Origin: an uncultured Oscillospiraceae bacterium
Lineage (GTDB): Bacteria; Bacillota; Clostridia; Saccharofermentanales; Fastidiosipilaceae
NCBI GenBank assembly: GCA_964392065.1
Contig: CAYMOG010000003.1
Span: 22,268-46,267 of the forward strand
DNA length: 24,000 bases
Direction of reading: 5' to 3'
In this document: piece after piece, positions 1 through 9,886 of the stretch
Layout: each line of letters starts with the position of its first letter
Position numbering within the stretch: the stretch's first letter is position 1
Notes under the pieces: generated by a model
The model's database searches: none
Told to the model about the DNA's origin: nothing
Seen by the model: only the letters and a program-made list of their open reading frames with translations
Program-made: the position numbers and the translations under genes

Positions 1-1
1 T

Positions 2-238
2 AAAATTTACACAACAAGAGAAAGTGATAATTTAGGAATGAGTGCAGAGCGATTCGTAGACGATATCCTATCTAGAGGTCGTCATGCACGAGCAGCCAAT
101 ACAGTGGATGAATTAATTGCCATCCTTGACGAGGTCATTCATGAAGAGGATTTAATCCTATTCTTAGGTCCTGAAGGGATTCGTGAAGTTTCTAATCAAG
201 TATGTCAATCGGAGCATGGCAAGTTTTTGCACAACTGA
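2..238 (+). CDS. Mur ligase family protein, C-terminal fragment (MurC-like); 5' end outside the window
   Basis: The frame is open from the window edge (KIYTTRESDNLG precedes the Met at 38). The tail ...EEDLILFLGPEGIREV... resembles the GD-hydrophobic-GAGDI end of Mur ligase C-terminal domains. A hairpin follows the gene. The family call is by eye on about 78 aa only. Confidence 0.45.
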   Translation, partial: KIYTTRESDNLGMSAERFVDDILSRGRHARAANTVDELIAILDEVIHEEDLILFLGPEGIREVSNQVCQSEHGKFLHN

Positions 239-277
239 TAGATACTTAAATAATTGAATATAAACGAAATATAAAAA

Positions 278-319
278 GCCCCCATAGTTTGATCCTAATA
301 TAAAGCAAACTAGTGGGGG
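278..319. terminator. Hairpin between the convergent Mur-like gene and ftsH; likely a rho-independent terminator, stronger in the minus direction
   Basis: GCCCCCATAGTTTG (278-291) pairs with CAAACTAGTGGGGG (306-319), giving 13 bp with one bulge. On the minus strand the stem is followed by CTTTTTAT. On the plus strand only TTATTC follows. Confidence 0.6.
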
Positions 320-370
320 TTATTCTATACACATAGCTCTATAAATCTACAGTTTAGTATATAAGTAGTC

Positions 371-2473
371 TTAATCTAAGTTCTTTTCCTCATTTGAAGA
401 ACTCTCTGTATGAGGCATTTCTTCTGAATCAGATGCGTTTGATTCTTCCTTTTCTTCTCTATCTTCAACTTTTTTCTCTAGTTCTGTAGGGATTTCAATG
501 GCAGGCTCTTCAGAAGAAGATGTCATGGAATCACTACCTTCTGCCATAGGTTCCATCGACTGTTTATCTTCATTAGATTTCGCACGTTTAAATCCGTAAA
601 TTTCTCTTAAGCCTTCATTCTTCGCGTCATTTTTCCGTTGCTCTGGAGTTGTATTTTCAATATAAATCTTTTCAAATTCTTCTCCTTCAATTTTCTCTTT
701 AACGAGAAGCGTTTCAACAAGAGCATCAAGTGCATGACGTTTTTCATTTAGAATCTGGAGAACATGTTCATAGGCATCACTAATAATTTTAGCAACTTCT
801 TGATCTATTTGTTCAGAAATCTTATCTGAATAATTCTGAACCTGACCATAATCTCTACCTAAGAAAACTTCATGTTGATCTGAACCAAACACCAAGTTTG
901 GTAAAGTATCACTCATCCCATAGGTCGTTACAATCTCTCGGGCCGTCTGATTCAGACTATTTAAATCACCAGAAGCTCCAGTGGAAACCTCGCCAAAAAT
1001 AATTTGTTCAGCAGCTCTTCCACCAAGAGCGACTTTAATATCTGCAATTAACTGAGACTTGGTTTGGAAATACACATCTTCATGGGGTTTATGGGCCGTA
1101 TAACCTCCCGCTCCACCAGCAGGAATAATCGAAACCCTCTCCACGCGATCCGTTTCAGATACCGTACGCAATACGAGCGCATGACCGGCTTCGTGATAGG
1201 CTGTGAGATAACGTTCTTTTTCACTTATAACACGGCTTTTCTTCTCTGGTCCAAGCATTACCTTAAATACAGATTCAGAAATATCCTCATAATTAATATT
1301 ACTTTTTCCTTGTCTTGCCGCAAACAGTGCCGCTTCATTTAACAGGTTTGCTAAATCAGCTCCTGTAAATCCAGGTGTTACACGAGCAATTTCCTTCAAA
1401 TCTACGTCATCAGCAAGGGGTTTCTTACGAGCATGAACTCTCAGAATTTCTTCACGTCCATTAATATCTGGCCGCTGTACTATAACGCGACGATCGAAAC
1501 GACCTGGTCTTAGCAATGCAGGATCTAAGATATCCGCACGGTTTGTTGCTGCAATAATAATACTCTCTTCGTTAGGTCCAAACCCATCCATTTCTACCAG
1601 GAGCTGATTTAGTGTTTGTTCCCGCTCATCATGAGAACCACCGAGACCTGCGCCTCTTTTTCTACCTACTGCATCAATTTCATCAATGAAAATAATAGAT
1701 GGTGAATTTTTCTTGGCCGTTTGAAATAAATCTCTAACTCTAGAAGCACCCACACCAACATACATTTCAACGAAATCCGAACCTGAGATGGAATAGAAGG
1801 GCACACCGGCTTCACCGGCAACGGCTTTGGCCAGAAGTGTTTTACCTGTACCAGGAGGGCCAACAAGTAGTATACCTCTTGGAATCGTTGCACCTAAACG
1901 TTCATACTTCTGTGAATTCTTAAGAAATTCTACAACTTCTTGTAGCTCAGCCTTCTCTTCATCCGCACCAGCTACGTCTTTAAATGTCACGGTATTTTTC
2001 GTTGGGTCTGCTACTCGTGCACGACTTTTGCCAAAGTTCATCGCACCTTTGCCATCGCCCCCTTGACGTGCAAACATCATATAAATGAAAAATGCCATAG
2101 AACCAAACAGCATTACAAGAAGGATTAAATTAAACCACATACCAAAATCTAGAGGTTCCACATAATCATATGTAGTATCTGATGTTGCTTCAGCGGTTTT
2201 CAACTCACTTAATAGATCTTCCATCCAATATGGGGATACTTGTTTAACTGCTGCCTTATTATTTTGTACTGGATTCTTAAACGTAAGTTCTAATGAACTA
2301 CCCGATACTTTCGCATTTTCGACATTACCGACTTGAATTTGTTCGATTAATTCTGAATACGTAAGATCCGCACCTCTATTCCCCTGGTTTAAAAACATGG
2401 CAACAAAGATGATTCCTACTAGTAAAATAATATAAAACGATAGGCCGCCGCCTCTACGTTGTCTTGTACTCAT
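371..2473 (-). CDS. ftsH: ATP-dependent zinc metalloprotease FtsH
   Basis: 700-aa ORF with two N-terminal hydrophobic segments. AAA+ Walker A GPPGTGKT, Walker B IIFIDEID and the zinc motif HEAGHA are present. ATG start preceded by AAGGAG. Conserved tilS-hpt-ftsH synteny. Confidence 0.97.
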   Translation of the reverse strand: MSTRQRRGGGLSFYIILLVGIIFVAMFLNQGNRGADLTYSELIEQIQVGNVENAKVSGSSLELTFKNPVQNNKAAVKQVSPYWMEDLLSELKTAEATSDTTYDYVEPLDFGMWFNLILLVMLFGSMAFFIYMMFARQGGDGKGAMNFGKSRARVADPTKNTVTFKDVAGADEEKAELQEVVEFLKNSQKYERLGATIPRGILLVGPPGTGKTLLAKAVAGEAGVPFYSISGSDFVEMYVGVGASRVRDLFQTAKKNSPSIIFIDEIDAVGRKRGAGLGGSHDEREQTLNQLLVEMDGFGPNEESIIIAATNRADILDPALLRPGRFDRRVIVQRPDINGREEILRVHARKKPLADDVDLKEIARVTPGFTGADLANLLNEAALFAARQGKSNINYEDISESVFKVMLGPEKKSRVISEKERYLTAYHEAGHALVLRTVSETDRVERVSIIPAGGAGGYTAHKPHEDVYFQTKSQLIADIKVALGGRAAEQIIFGEVSTGASGDLNSLNQTAREIVTTYGMSDTLPNLVFGSDQHEVFLGRDYGQVQNYSDKISEQIDQEVAKIISDAYEHVLQILNEKRHALDALVETLLVKEKIEGEEFEKIYIENTTPEQRKNDAKNEGLREIYGFKRAKSNEDKQSMEPMAEGSDSMTSSSEEPAIEIPTELEKKVEDREEKEESNASDSEEMPHTESSSNEEKNLD

Positions 2474-2506
2474 GTAAGCTCCTTATCATTAATTAATATT
2501 GACCCT

Positions 2507-3031
2507 CTAGACATCCTCCATATAGCGAATGTCGGGTAAATTACGGTATAGTCCAGCATAGTCAAGCCCATAACCCACTATAAATTCATCAGGAATTTGC
2601 ATTCCAATATAATCCACGTGAATATCAACGGTTCTTCTATCTGGTTTATCGAAGGCTGTACAAATACGTAAACTCGCAGGATTTCTGTCCTCTAATAAAT
2701 GTGAAAGTTTTGCCAAAGTATTTCCAGAGTCGATTATGTCTTCTACGATGATGACATGTTGACCGGCAATACTCTCATCAAGATCTTGTAAAATCCTAAG
2801 CTCACCACTAACAGTGCCGTGTCCATAACTAGAAACCTTCATGAAATCCACTCGACAGTCACTCTCAATATAGCGAATCAAATCCGCCATGAAAACAAAA
2901 GCACCTCTCAAAACAGCAACAAGTAAAATTTCTTTACCTTCATAATCTTTACTGATCTGCTCCCCGAGTCGCTTACACATCGATTGGATTTCTTCTTTAG
3001 AAATCATAATATCACTAACTTGCAGTGCCAT
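2507..3031 (-). CDS. hpt: Hypoxanthine phosphoribosyltransferase
   Basis: PRPP-binding loop VIIVEDIIDSGNTL and typical length. The ORF-track start at 3037 is a GTG. The ATG at 3031 lies 5 nt after GAGAGG and is preferred. Confidence 0.92.
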   Translation of the reverse strand: MALQVSDIMISKEEIQSMCKRLGEQISKDYEGKEILLVAVLRGAFVFMADLIRYIESDCRVDFMKVSSYGHGTVSGELRILQDLDESIAGQHVIIVEDIIDSGNTLAKLSHLLEDRNPASLRICTAFDKPDRRTVDIHVDYIGMQIPDEFIVGYGLDYAGLYRNLPDIRYMEDV

Positions 3032-3044
3032 GTACACCTCTCAA

Positions 3045-4517
3045 TTAAAGTATATCTTCGGAATTATACCATAGCAAACGGATAATATCCGAATTTTCGA
3101 ACGAAGATTTATCCATGCTACCATGTTTTAAATCATCCTTCGTAAATAAATTTAACGGACCTATTGCTAATACTTTGTTTTGCCACAAGACTATAGGAAG
3201 TTTCTGTCGAATGCTTATGGGTATGCCTACAGAAGCGAAGACTTCTTTAAGTGAAACATTATTCAAATAGGTCTTGGCATTGGGGCGATAAGGTCTAATC
3301 TCAATTTCCTCCAATAGACTTTTAGGAAGACATAAATCCTCTGATAGGTGGCAGTTGTCCACATTTGCATACGTAAGAATCCAATTACTACTAGGGATAA
3401 TAACTCTCTTGTTTTGTAATAAATCTACTCCCGAAATAACATAGCTTGCTGTTTGACTTAAATTCAAGAAGTCAAAAGGGGCTTCTTTTTTTCTATAGAA
3501 AAAAAAGAACTTATTATTTCTAAATAGAGTATAACCACTGGCTAAATCTAATGCTTTTTCTCCTTGGCCTGAATCAATAAGCGCTACACAGTCATTTATC
3601 TGTTTAGTAGAATAATTCTTCAATAAACCATTCTTCTTAAATAAATGTACTATTAAAGAGGATTTTATTAGAGGGTTTACATCTTGGAATTCTCTCGTTA
3701 GATAATAGTCTCTATTCTTTTCCATGAAAAAATATTTATTCTTAACCATAAGCTCGGCAGTTATCTTACACATAATTTCGTCTATATAAGCTTGTATATC
3801 TTGGACTCGTTCAGCTGTATGTGCAATATTCTTAACGAGATTTTTATGCTCATAACTTTGCCATAAAGGTAATACTTCATTGCGAATAAAATTTCTTTTA
3901 TATTGCATATCAAGATTAGTCTCATCTTCAAACCATGTTAACCTTCTCAATTTTGCATACGCATAGATTTCAGATTTTTCCGCAAATAATAAGGGTTTTA
4001 TATAAAATGCATCTCTAGGCCTCATGCCACTTATGCCATCGAGCGAAGCACCATACGCTAAGTGCATCAGAACCGTTTCAGCTTGATCTCCTGCATGATG
4101 TGCCGTTGTAATCAAAACTTCATCATATCCATCACGTACTGCTTCTCTTAAGTCTGACCAATTCTTATAGCGAACGTATCTTCCCATTTCTTCCAAATTT
4201 ACACGATGGGCTTGGGCCAAAGCAGGAACATTCTCTTGATTTGTGTGAAATTCAAGACCATGGACATCAGCCAACTCCTTAGCCCATAACAGGTCTCTGT
4301 CTGCGGTCTCTTGACGAATTCCATGATGCTGATGATGAATAATTAAAGTTAGATCCGGTTTATACTCAGATTTATATCTTAGGAGTAAATCTAATAGGCA
4401 CACAGAATCCACACCAGAAGATAAGCCTAGTATTAAAGCTATTCTACCTTGTGGGAGTAGTTTCTTCTTCTCCACATATAATACAAAATTTTGATATAAG
4501 TCTGTAGGTTTAGCCAC
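3045..4517 (-). CDS. tilS: tRNA(Ile)-lysidine synthetase
   Basis: N-terminal PP-loop LSSGVDS (SGGxDS type). GTG start 5 nt after AAGGAG. Position directly upstream of hpt-ftsH. Confidence 0.92.
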   Translation of the reverse strand: MAKPTDLYQNFVLYVEKKKLLPQGRIALILGLSSGVDSVCLLDLLLRYKSEYKPDLTLIIHHQHHGIRQETADRDLLWAKELADVHGLEFHTNQENVPALAQAHRVNLEEMGRYVRYKNWSDLREAVRDGYDEVLITTAHHAGDQAETVLMHLAYGASLDGISGMRPRDAFYIKPLLFAEKSEIYAYAKLRRLTWFEDETNLDMQYKRNFIRNEVLPLWQSYEHKNLVKNIAHTAERVQDIQAYIDEIMCKITAELMVKNKYFFMEKNRDYYLTREFQDVNPLIKSSLIVHLFKKNGLLKNYSTKQINDCVALIDSGQGEKALDLASGYTLFRNNKFFFFYRKKEAPFDFLNLSQTASYVISGVDLLQNKRVIIPSSNWILTYANVDNCHLSEDLCLPKSLLEEIEIRPYRPNAKTYLNNVSLKEVFASVGIPISIRQKLPIVLWQNKVLAIGPLNLFTKDDLKHGSMDKSSFENSDIIRLLWYNSEDIL

Positions 4518-4532
4518 GCTAACTCCTTCTAA

Positions 4533-5924
4533 CTAGAAAGGCAAATCTTGGTCATATTGATTCCCAGGATCGTAAGAAGTTTCAGGTGGAGCTTGACGGT
4601 AACTATAATTTTCTTGTTCACGAAACGTCGTAATTTCATTAAACCAATTCAATTTAATCGTACCAGTTTCACCTGCACGGTTCTTCGCTATAATAAGCTC
4701 AGCTTCTTCTTGGCCACCATCATAATCACTAGGATTATAGTAAGCGTCTCTATAGAGGAACATCACAGAGTCCGCATCTTGTTCAATCGAACCCGATTCA
4801 CGTAAATCCGATAACATCGGACGTTTATTCTCTCTTGCTTCCACTCCACGGCTTAGCTGAGACAGTGCTATAACCGGAACATTTAAATCTTTAGCCATAA
4901 TCTTAAGGGCTCTAGATATTTCTGAAATTTCTTGTTGACGATTCTGCGGTCTACCATCTGGACCTAATAGCTGTAAGTAGTCAATTAAAACCAGATCCAA
5001 GCGACGCTTCTCATTGATTAATTTCTGGCATTTCGATCGAATCCCAGCAGGCGTAGTCGCAGCAGATTCATCTACATACATATTACTAGCCATAAGTGTT
5101 CTGATTGTTTTACTTATCTCATCTAGATTTTCACTTTCAATTCGATTTTTAATTTCTTTGGCAGGTATAGTAGAAGCAGAACTAAGAATTCTTAAACCCA
5201 CTTCACTCCGAGACATCTCCAAACTAAAAACAGCCACAAAATTATTCTTTAGAGCTACATTCAATGCAATATTGAGTGCTAGTGCAGATTTACCCATTGC
5301 AGGTCTTGCCGCAATAATATTCAAAGTCTGTCGTTTCAATCGACCTAGTTTTTCGTTCAGGGTTGGAAAACCTGAATCGATGGACAATTTATCGCTATCT
5401 TGTCGTTTCAGATCTGCTAATGTCTCATTTAAAATTTCATTTATATGTACAAGATCTCTACGTTCAAATCCAGCATTAACTTCAACGATATAGTTTGACA
5501 TAAGACTAAGTAAGTCTTCTGCTGTTTCCTGACCCAGATAACAAGCATTCTGAATTTCCTGAGAAAACTCAAGTAAGTTTCTCAATAAACTCTTCTCTTT
5601 TATCATAGCGACATACTCTGCTGGATTATTTAAATAATATGTTTTATCCGCTAGAGAAGCTAAATAAGAGGTTCCACCTATAGTATGTAAATGCCCCTGA
5701 TGTTCTAACGTGTCTGCCACACTTAAAATATCTATAGGTTTTCCCATAGAATGCATCATGCGAATAGCTTCGTAAATCAAGCCATTTCGCTGATTATAAA
5801 AATCCTCTTGCTTAAGAGAACCCATTTCTGTACGGCTTTTTTCACTCGTTAACAGCGTACCGAGAAAGGACTCTTCTGCTTCTAGATTTTGGGGAATAAC
5901 TTTTTGAATTAAATTGTTTTCCAT
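4533..5924 (-). CDS. dnaB: Replicative DNA helicase (DnaB family)
   Basis: N-terminal QNLEAEESFLG, Walker A AARPAMGKSALALN, IDYLQLL and SQLSR motifs. The ORF-track start at 5927 is TTG. The adjacent ATG at 5924 follows AGGTG and is preferred. Confidence 0.95.
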   Translation of the reverse strand: MENNLIQKVIPQNLEAEESFLGTLLTSEKSRTEMGSLKQEDFYNQRNGLIYEAIRMMHSMGKPIDILSVADTLEHQGHLHTIGGTSYLASLADKTYYLNNPAEYVAMIKEKSLLRNLLEFSQEIQNACYLGQETAEDLLSLMSNYIVEVNAGFERRDLVHINEILNETLADLKRQDSDKLSIDSGFPTLNEKLGRLKRQTLNIIAARPAMGKSALALNIALNVALKNNFVAVFSLEMSRSEVGLRILSSASTIPAKEIKNRIESENLDEISKTIRTLMASNMYVDESAATTPAGIRSKCQKLINEKRRLDLVLIDYLQLLGPDGRPQNRQQEISEISRALKIMAKDLNVPVIALSQLSRGVEARENKRPMLSDLRESGSIEQDADSVMFLYRDAYYNPSDYDGGQEEAELIIAKNRAGETGTIKLNWFNEITTFREQENYSYRQAPPETSYDPGNQYDQDLPF

Positions 5925-5941
5925 CAAACACCTAATACAAC

Positions 5942-6385
5942 TTATAGAGATTCTACATGAACAATTATATTACATGATACTTCATTATGAAGCTTCAACT
6001 CAGCCTCAGTAGAACCAATATTCTTCAGATCATGCTTCAGCGTTATGTGTCTCTTGTCCACTTCGTATCCAGCTTCGGCCAAAGCAGCTGCTACATCAAT
6101 TGAAGTAAGTGCACCATACAATCTACCTTGTTCACCACTCTTCTTTTTAACTGTAAACGTTTTACCTTCTAACACATTAGCAAGTTCCTTGGCTTCTTCT
6201 AAAATTCTGTTCGATTCTGCTATCTGTGCGCCTTGTTTAAGTTTCAACTCATTTAACTTACCACTATTAGCTTCCACTGCAAGATTTTTCTTAAATAAGA
6301 AGTTATTGGCATATCCTTTGCTCACTTCAACAATTTCATCTTTTTTACCTAACTTCTTAACATCTTCTAATAAAATCACTTTCAT
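5942..6385 (-). CDS. rplI: 50S ribosomal protein L9
   Basis: MKVILLEDVKKLGKKDEIVEVSKGYANNFL is a classic L9 N-terminus. 147 aa. AGGAGG RBS. Confidence 0.95.
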   Translation of the reverse strand: MKVILLEDVKKLGKKDEIVEVSKGYANNFLFKKNLAVEANSGKLNELKLKQGAQIAESNRILEEAKELANVLEGKTFTVKKKSGEQGRLYGALTSIDVAAALAEAGYEVDKRHITLKHDLKNIGSTEAELKLHNEVSCNIIVHVESL

Positions 6386-6408
6386 AAAATATCCTCCTGT
6401 GATTTTCT

Positions 6409-6417
6409 ATTTTACCA
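6409..6417 (-). promoter_or_regulatory. Candidate extended -10 (TGgTAAAAT) for rplI-dnaB-tilS-hpt-ftsH
   Basis: The minus strand reads ...CTATGGTAAAATAGAAAATCACAGGAGG...ATG. No good -35 lies at 17-18 nt (TTGCGA lies 20 nt upstream). Confidence 0.3.
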
Positions 6418-6462
6418 TAGGAAACACAAGTGTATCGCAAACTAAACACAAGCAATACAAAC

Positions 6463-6499
6463 AAAAAAACCTGACAACATAGTTTCCTATGTCATCAGG
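6463..6499 (-). terminator. Rho-independent terminator after rpsR
   Basis: The minus strand reads CCTGATGACATAG-GAAA-CTATGTTGTCAGG (5 bp, a 2-nt internal mismatch, then 6 bp), followed by TTTTTTT. Confidence 0.55.
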
Positions 6500-6524
6500 T
6501 TTATAATCGTCTTGCTGTTAAGTA

Positions 6525-6764
6525 TTAATTCTCTGTATATGGGAGAATGGCAACGTGACGAGCTCTCTTGATTGCAGTGGTCAACTTACGTTGATGTTTA
6601 GCACAGGTACCACTCATTCTTCTAGGAAGAATTTTTCCATTTTCAGAGATAAACTTACGTAATTTGCCACCATCTTTATAATCTATGTGTTCAATATGAT
6701 CTGCACAGAAGGCACAAACCTTACGTCTTGTTCTCTTACGATTGAAATTTCTATTATCAGCCAT
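6525..6764 (-). CDS. rpsR: 30S ribosomal protein S18
   Basis: 79 aa. ...IDYKD...[42 protein letters not shown] is typical S18. rpsF-ssb-rpsR synteny. Confidence 0.96.
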   Translation of the reverse strand: MADNRNFNRKRTRRKVCAFCADHIEHIDYKDGGKLRKFISENGKILPRRMSGTCAKHQRKLTTAIKRARHVAILPYTEN

Positions 6765-6783
6765 AATCTTTTTCCTTTCTTAA

Positions 6784-7263
6784 TTATAGGTCGAAAGGCA
6801 AGGCAGTTTCATCATCAGGTGCTTCAAAAAAACCATCGGAGAAGTCGTCATTTGTATTACGACTTGGTGCAGAAGTATTCTGATTGTTCTGAGTATTCTG
6901 ATAACTATTATTGTTTGAACGATTATAGTTCCCACCAGAATTTTCAGATTTGCTATCCGCAAAGTATACTTCATCTGCAATAATTTCAGTCATATAACGT
7001 CTATTGCCATGTTCATCATCCCAATGTCTTACTTGAATACTGCCTACTAAAGCAATTCTTTGGCCTTTTTGGAAATATTTACCTACAAATTCTGCAGTTT
7101 GTCTCCAAGCCACGACAGGGATGAAATCTGCTTCTCTCTCCCCTTGTTGATTCTTGAACCTACGATCTACCGCTACGGTAAAACTACAGACGCTTACACC
7201 GTTGTTAGTGCTCTTCAGTTCTGGATCCTTTGTCAAGCGACCCATTAGTATTGCTTTATTCAT
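6784..7263 (-). CDS. ssb: Single-stranded DNA-binding protein
   Basis: OB-fold N-terminus MNKAILMGRLTKDPELK...VAWRQTAE. N/Q/S-rich linker and acidic C-terminus ...DDETALPFDL. Located between rpsF and rpsR. Confidence 0.95.
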   Translation of the reverse strand: MNKAILMGRLTKDPELKSTNNGVSVCSFTVAVDRRFKNQQGEREADFIPVVAWRQTAEFVGKYFQKGQRIALVGSIQVRHWDDEHGNRRYMTEIIADEVYFADSKSENSGGNYNRSNNNSYQNTQNNQNTSAPSRNTNDDFSDGFFEAPDDETALPFDL

Positions 7264-7289
7264 GTTTACCTGCCTTTCGTTCTTACGAA

Positions 7290-7586
7290 CTAATTCTCTT
7301 CTGTTACTGCGACAATCATGTAGCGCATGACACCATTAGTAATTTCCAATTGACTTTCAATTTCACGTGGAACTTCTGGTGCAGCAGTAAAGAGTACAAC
7401 ACAATAATCACCTTCTGTTTGGTCTTCGATTTCATAAGCTAAACGCTTACGACCCCAATGATCTACAGAATCAACAGTACCTTCGCTTCTTGTAATAAGA
7501 GTTTGAATTCTCTCATGTAAAGCACTGTTAGTCTCCTCATCAAGTGTAGGAGAAAGGATATAGATTAACTCATACTTTCTGGACAT
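7290..7586 (-). CDS. rpsF: 30S ribosomal protein S6
   Basis: 98 aa. RKYELIYILSP...HWGRKRLAYEI is typical S6. AAGGAGG RBS. Confidence 0.95.
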   Translation of the reverse strand: MSRKYELIYILSPTLDEETNSALHERIQTLITRSEGTVDSVDHWGRKRLAYEIEDQTEGDYCVVLFTAAPEVPREIESQLEITNGVMRYMIVAVTEEN

Positions 7587-7659
7587 GTCTTCACCTCCTT
7601 TTGGACTTACGACCTTACGCCATCTGCATAAAGTAAGGACTGCTATTAATAGCTTGAAT

Positions 7660-7688
7660 AGTTTAGCAAAGTGTCATCGGAAAATCAA
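7660..7688 (-). promoter_or_regulatory. Candidate sigma-A-type promoter for rpsF-ssb-rpsR
   Basis: The minus strand has TTGATT (7683-7688), a 17-nt spacer and TAAACT (7660-7665). This would leave a leader of about 70 nt. Confidence 0.3.
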
Positions 7689-7716
7689 ACGTCTTTAGCT
7701 AATATTGATACTAATT

Positions 7717-8793
7717 TTAAGATTTTGCATTACTTGCTTTGGATAATCGATTCATATAGGCAGCACCTACTCCATCTAAACTGAGTGCTTCAACGAAAAT
7801 AGCATTTGCACCTAATCGGTCGAAATGGCGAAAAGCTGCAAACAATCCCTTACCTGCTTCTTCTTGAACAGTATAGTTCTCTTCATCAGCAAAAGTTAGA
7901 ACATGCTCATAATTAAGAAGTTTATTTGCATCTTTTAATGCACTTAATAAATTTTCCGAAATATAAAACGCACTTCGAATATTTATGAGTTCTAGTTTCT
8001 CATAGTGTTCCAAACCTTTAACTTTCTCATTAATTGAATCACCTTCTAGAATGAAGACTTTAGCTTTTGGAGCATAATGTTTATATTTCATGCCTGGAGC
8101 CCTCGCTTCTGAAACTTCATCCCCTCTGTATGACTGTTTTATAGTAAGTTTAATTTGTGCTTCTTCTAGACATGATGCAATTGCTTGTTTACTGATGCTT
8201 CCCGGTCTAAGTATTTCCAAAACACCATCCTTCCATGAAACAATTGTAGATTCCAGTCCGAATCTAGAGTCTCCTGCAGCCAGGATATAAGGAACTTTGC
8301 CTGCTAAGTCTTCGTAGCAATCATGAGCATTGGTCGGTGATGGTCTACCACTTAAGTTAGCAGAAGGGGCTGCAATCCCTGTTCCAACTTCATTAATGAG
8401 AGCTTGGGCTACGGGATGAGAAGGAATCCTTACGCCTATGGTATCCATACCTGCTGTTGCAATAGTCTCAATATGATCTGCCTTGCGCATAATGAGGGTA
8501 AAAGGCCCTGGGCAAAAGCACCTTGTAAGCGTTTCAGCTACTATATCCCATTCCTTGTAATAAGATTTCATGCGCATAATATCAGACTCATGAATAATCA
8601 ATGGATTATCAAGTGGTCTTCCCTTGATGCGAAAAATATCATGAATAGCTTCGGAATTATTCCAAACCGCTCCCAAGCCATAGACCGTTTCTGTTGGGAA
8701 TGCAACAACTTGACCTTCTCTTAAGGCAATAGCGGCTTTCGCTAAGCCTTCTATGTCTGTTTTATCTTCTAAATCTATGATGCTCGTATGCAA
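7717..8793 (-). CDS. tsaC: L-threonylcarbamoyladenylate synthase (long YrdC plus Sua5-domain form)
   Basis: YrdC-domain motif VVAFPTETVYGLGA and ...GIAAPSANLSGRPSPT, plus a C-terminal Sua5-type extension (358 aa). TTG start 1 nt after the prfA stop, preceded by GGAG. Confidence 0.88.
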   Translation of the reverse strand: MHTSIIDLEDKTDIEGLAKAAIALREGQVVAFPTETVYGLGAVWNNSEAIHDIFRIKGRPLDNPLIIHESDIMRMKSYYKEWDIVAETLTRCFCPGPFTLIMRKADHIETIATAGMDTIGVRIPSHPVAQALINEVGTGIAAPSANLSGRPSPTNAHDCYEDLAGKVPYILAAGDSRFGLESTIVSWKDGVLEILRPGSISKQAIASCLEEAQIKLTIKQSYRGDEVSEARAPGMKYKHYAPKAKVFILEGDSINEKVKGLEHYEKLELINIRSAFYISENLLSALKDANKLLNYEHVLTFADEENYTVQEEAGKGLFAAFRHFDRLGANAIFVEALSLDGVGAAYMNRLSKASNAKS

Positions 8794-8794
8794 T

Positions 8795-9883
8795 TTAAGC
8801 TCCAGTATTCTCTACTAATTGTTGTGCACGTTGTGCAGCACTCAAGGCATCTGTTAATGGTGAAACATTTCCACTTAAGATATCATCCAATTTATATAAT
8901 GTTAAATTAATGCGATGATCCGTAACACGTCCTTGAGGATAGTTATAAGTGCGAATTCTCTCTGAACGATCGCCCGTACCCACCTGTGATTTCCTATCTC
9001 CAGCAATGGCGCTGGAACGTTTCTCATCTTCTATTTCTTGAAGTCTTGCACGTAATACGCGCATAGCTTTATCTCTATTTTTATGTTGCGAACGCTGATC
9101 TTGACAAGTCACTACTACTCCAGAAGGTAAATGGGTAATACGGATTGCAGAAGATGTTTTATTAACATGTTGTCCACCTGCACCTGATGCGCGATACGTA
9201 TCAATCTTCAAATCCTTAGGATCTATAGCAATATCAAATTCATCTACTTCTGGCATAACAGCAACCGTCACCGTAGACGTATGAATTCGGCCACCTGATT
9301 CCGTTTCAGGAACACGTTGTACTCTATGAACACCACTTTCGAATTTGAATTTACTGTAAGCACCCTTGCCTGCAATAATATAACTAATCTCCTTATACCC
9401 TCCGATTTCATTTGGGCTCTCGTCAACAACTTCTAAATTGAAACCGTTTTGCTCCGCATAGGAAGAATACATAGAAAACAAATCACTGGCAAATAAAGCC
9501 GCTTCATCACCACCTGCTCCTCCTCGGATTTCCATGATAATATCTTTATCATCTCTTGGATCTTTGGGCTGTAAGAGGATAAGTAACTGTTCTTCTAAGT
9601 TGGTTTCAGATTCTTTGGCCTCTGATAATTCCATTTTTGCCAATTCAACCATTTCTTCATCCGCCGAGGAGTCCTCGAGAATTTCCAAACAATCTTCTTT
9701 TGTTTGCACAGCTTGAAGATATTGATCAAAACACTCTACTAATGGTGTTAAATCCGAAGACTCTTTTACAACATCTAGATAACGTTCTTGATTATTCATA
9801 ATATCCGGATCAGACATCTGGGTTTGTAATTCATCATAACGTTGTCGCATTTGTTTTAATTTATTTAATGTAATTTCTTGCAT
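8795..9883 (-). CDS. prfA: Peptide chain release factor 1
   Basis: GGQ motif ([10 protein letters not shown]). RF1-type PxT tripeptide context [17 protein letters not shown]. 362 aa. Confidence 0.97.
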   Translation of the reverse strand: MQEITLNKLKQMRQRYDELQTQMSDPDIMNNQERYLDVVKESSDLTPLVECFDQYLQAVQTKEDCLEILEDSSADEEMVELAKMELSEAKESETNLEEQLLILLQPKDPRDDKDIIMEIRGGAGGDEAALFASDLFSMYSSYAEQNGFNLEVVDESPNEIGGYKEISYIIAGKGAYSKFKFESGVHRVQRVPETESGGRIHTSTVTVAVMPEVDEFDIAIDPKDLKIDTYRASGAGGQHVNKTSSAIRITHLPSGVVVTCQDQRSQHKNRDKAMRVLRARLQEIEDEKRSSAIAGDRKSQVGTGDRSERIRTYNYPQGRVTDHRINLTLYKLDDILSGNVSPLTDALSAAQRAQQLVENTGA

Positions 9884-9886
9884 GCT

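Noticed and set aside
5014-5493. 159-aa plus-strand ORF inside dnaB, and similar antisense or alternate-frame ORFs
   Set aside because: The similar ORFs are at 1064-1342, 1666-1893, 1827-2066, 4548-4805, 6045-6482, 6687-6983, 6780-6980, 7060-7248, 7230-7442, 8090-8290, 8404-8724, 9534-9716, 11491-11859, 12844-13116, 13685-13888, 13969-14238, 14912-15139, 16740-16934, 20322-20504, 21744-22079 and 23026-23334. All lie fully within, or mostly overlap, strongly supported conserved genes on the opposite strand or in another frame. They lack RBSs and have Ser/Leu/Phe-rich shadow-frame composition.
6386-6524. Absence of genes between rpsR and rplI considered as a deletion scar; B. subtilis, as I recall, has yybS/gdpP-type genes between them
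   Set aside because: The spacer is fully explained by a terminator plus a promoter-like element. Gene content between these loci varies widely among Bacillota.
8795-9883. The RF1 tripeptide reads PET rather than PAT/PVT; considered as a hint of altered stop-codon recognition or an alternative genetic code
   Set aside because: The motif is defined as PxT with a variable middle residue. All long ORFs in the window read through cleanly with the standard code and end at TAA, TAG or TGA.
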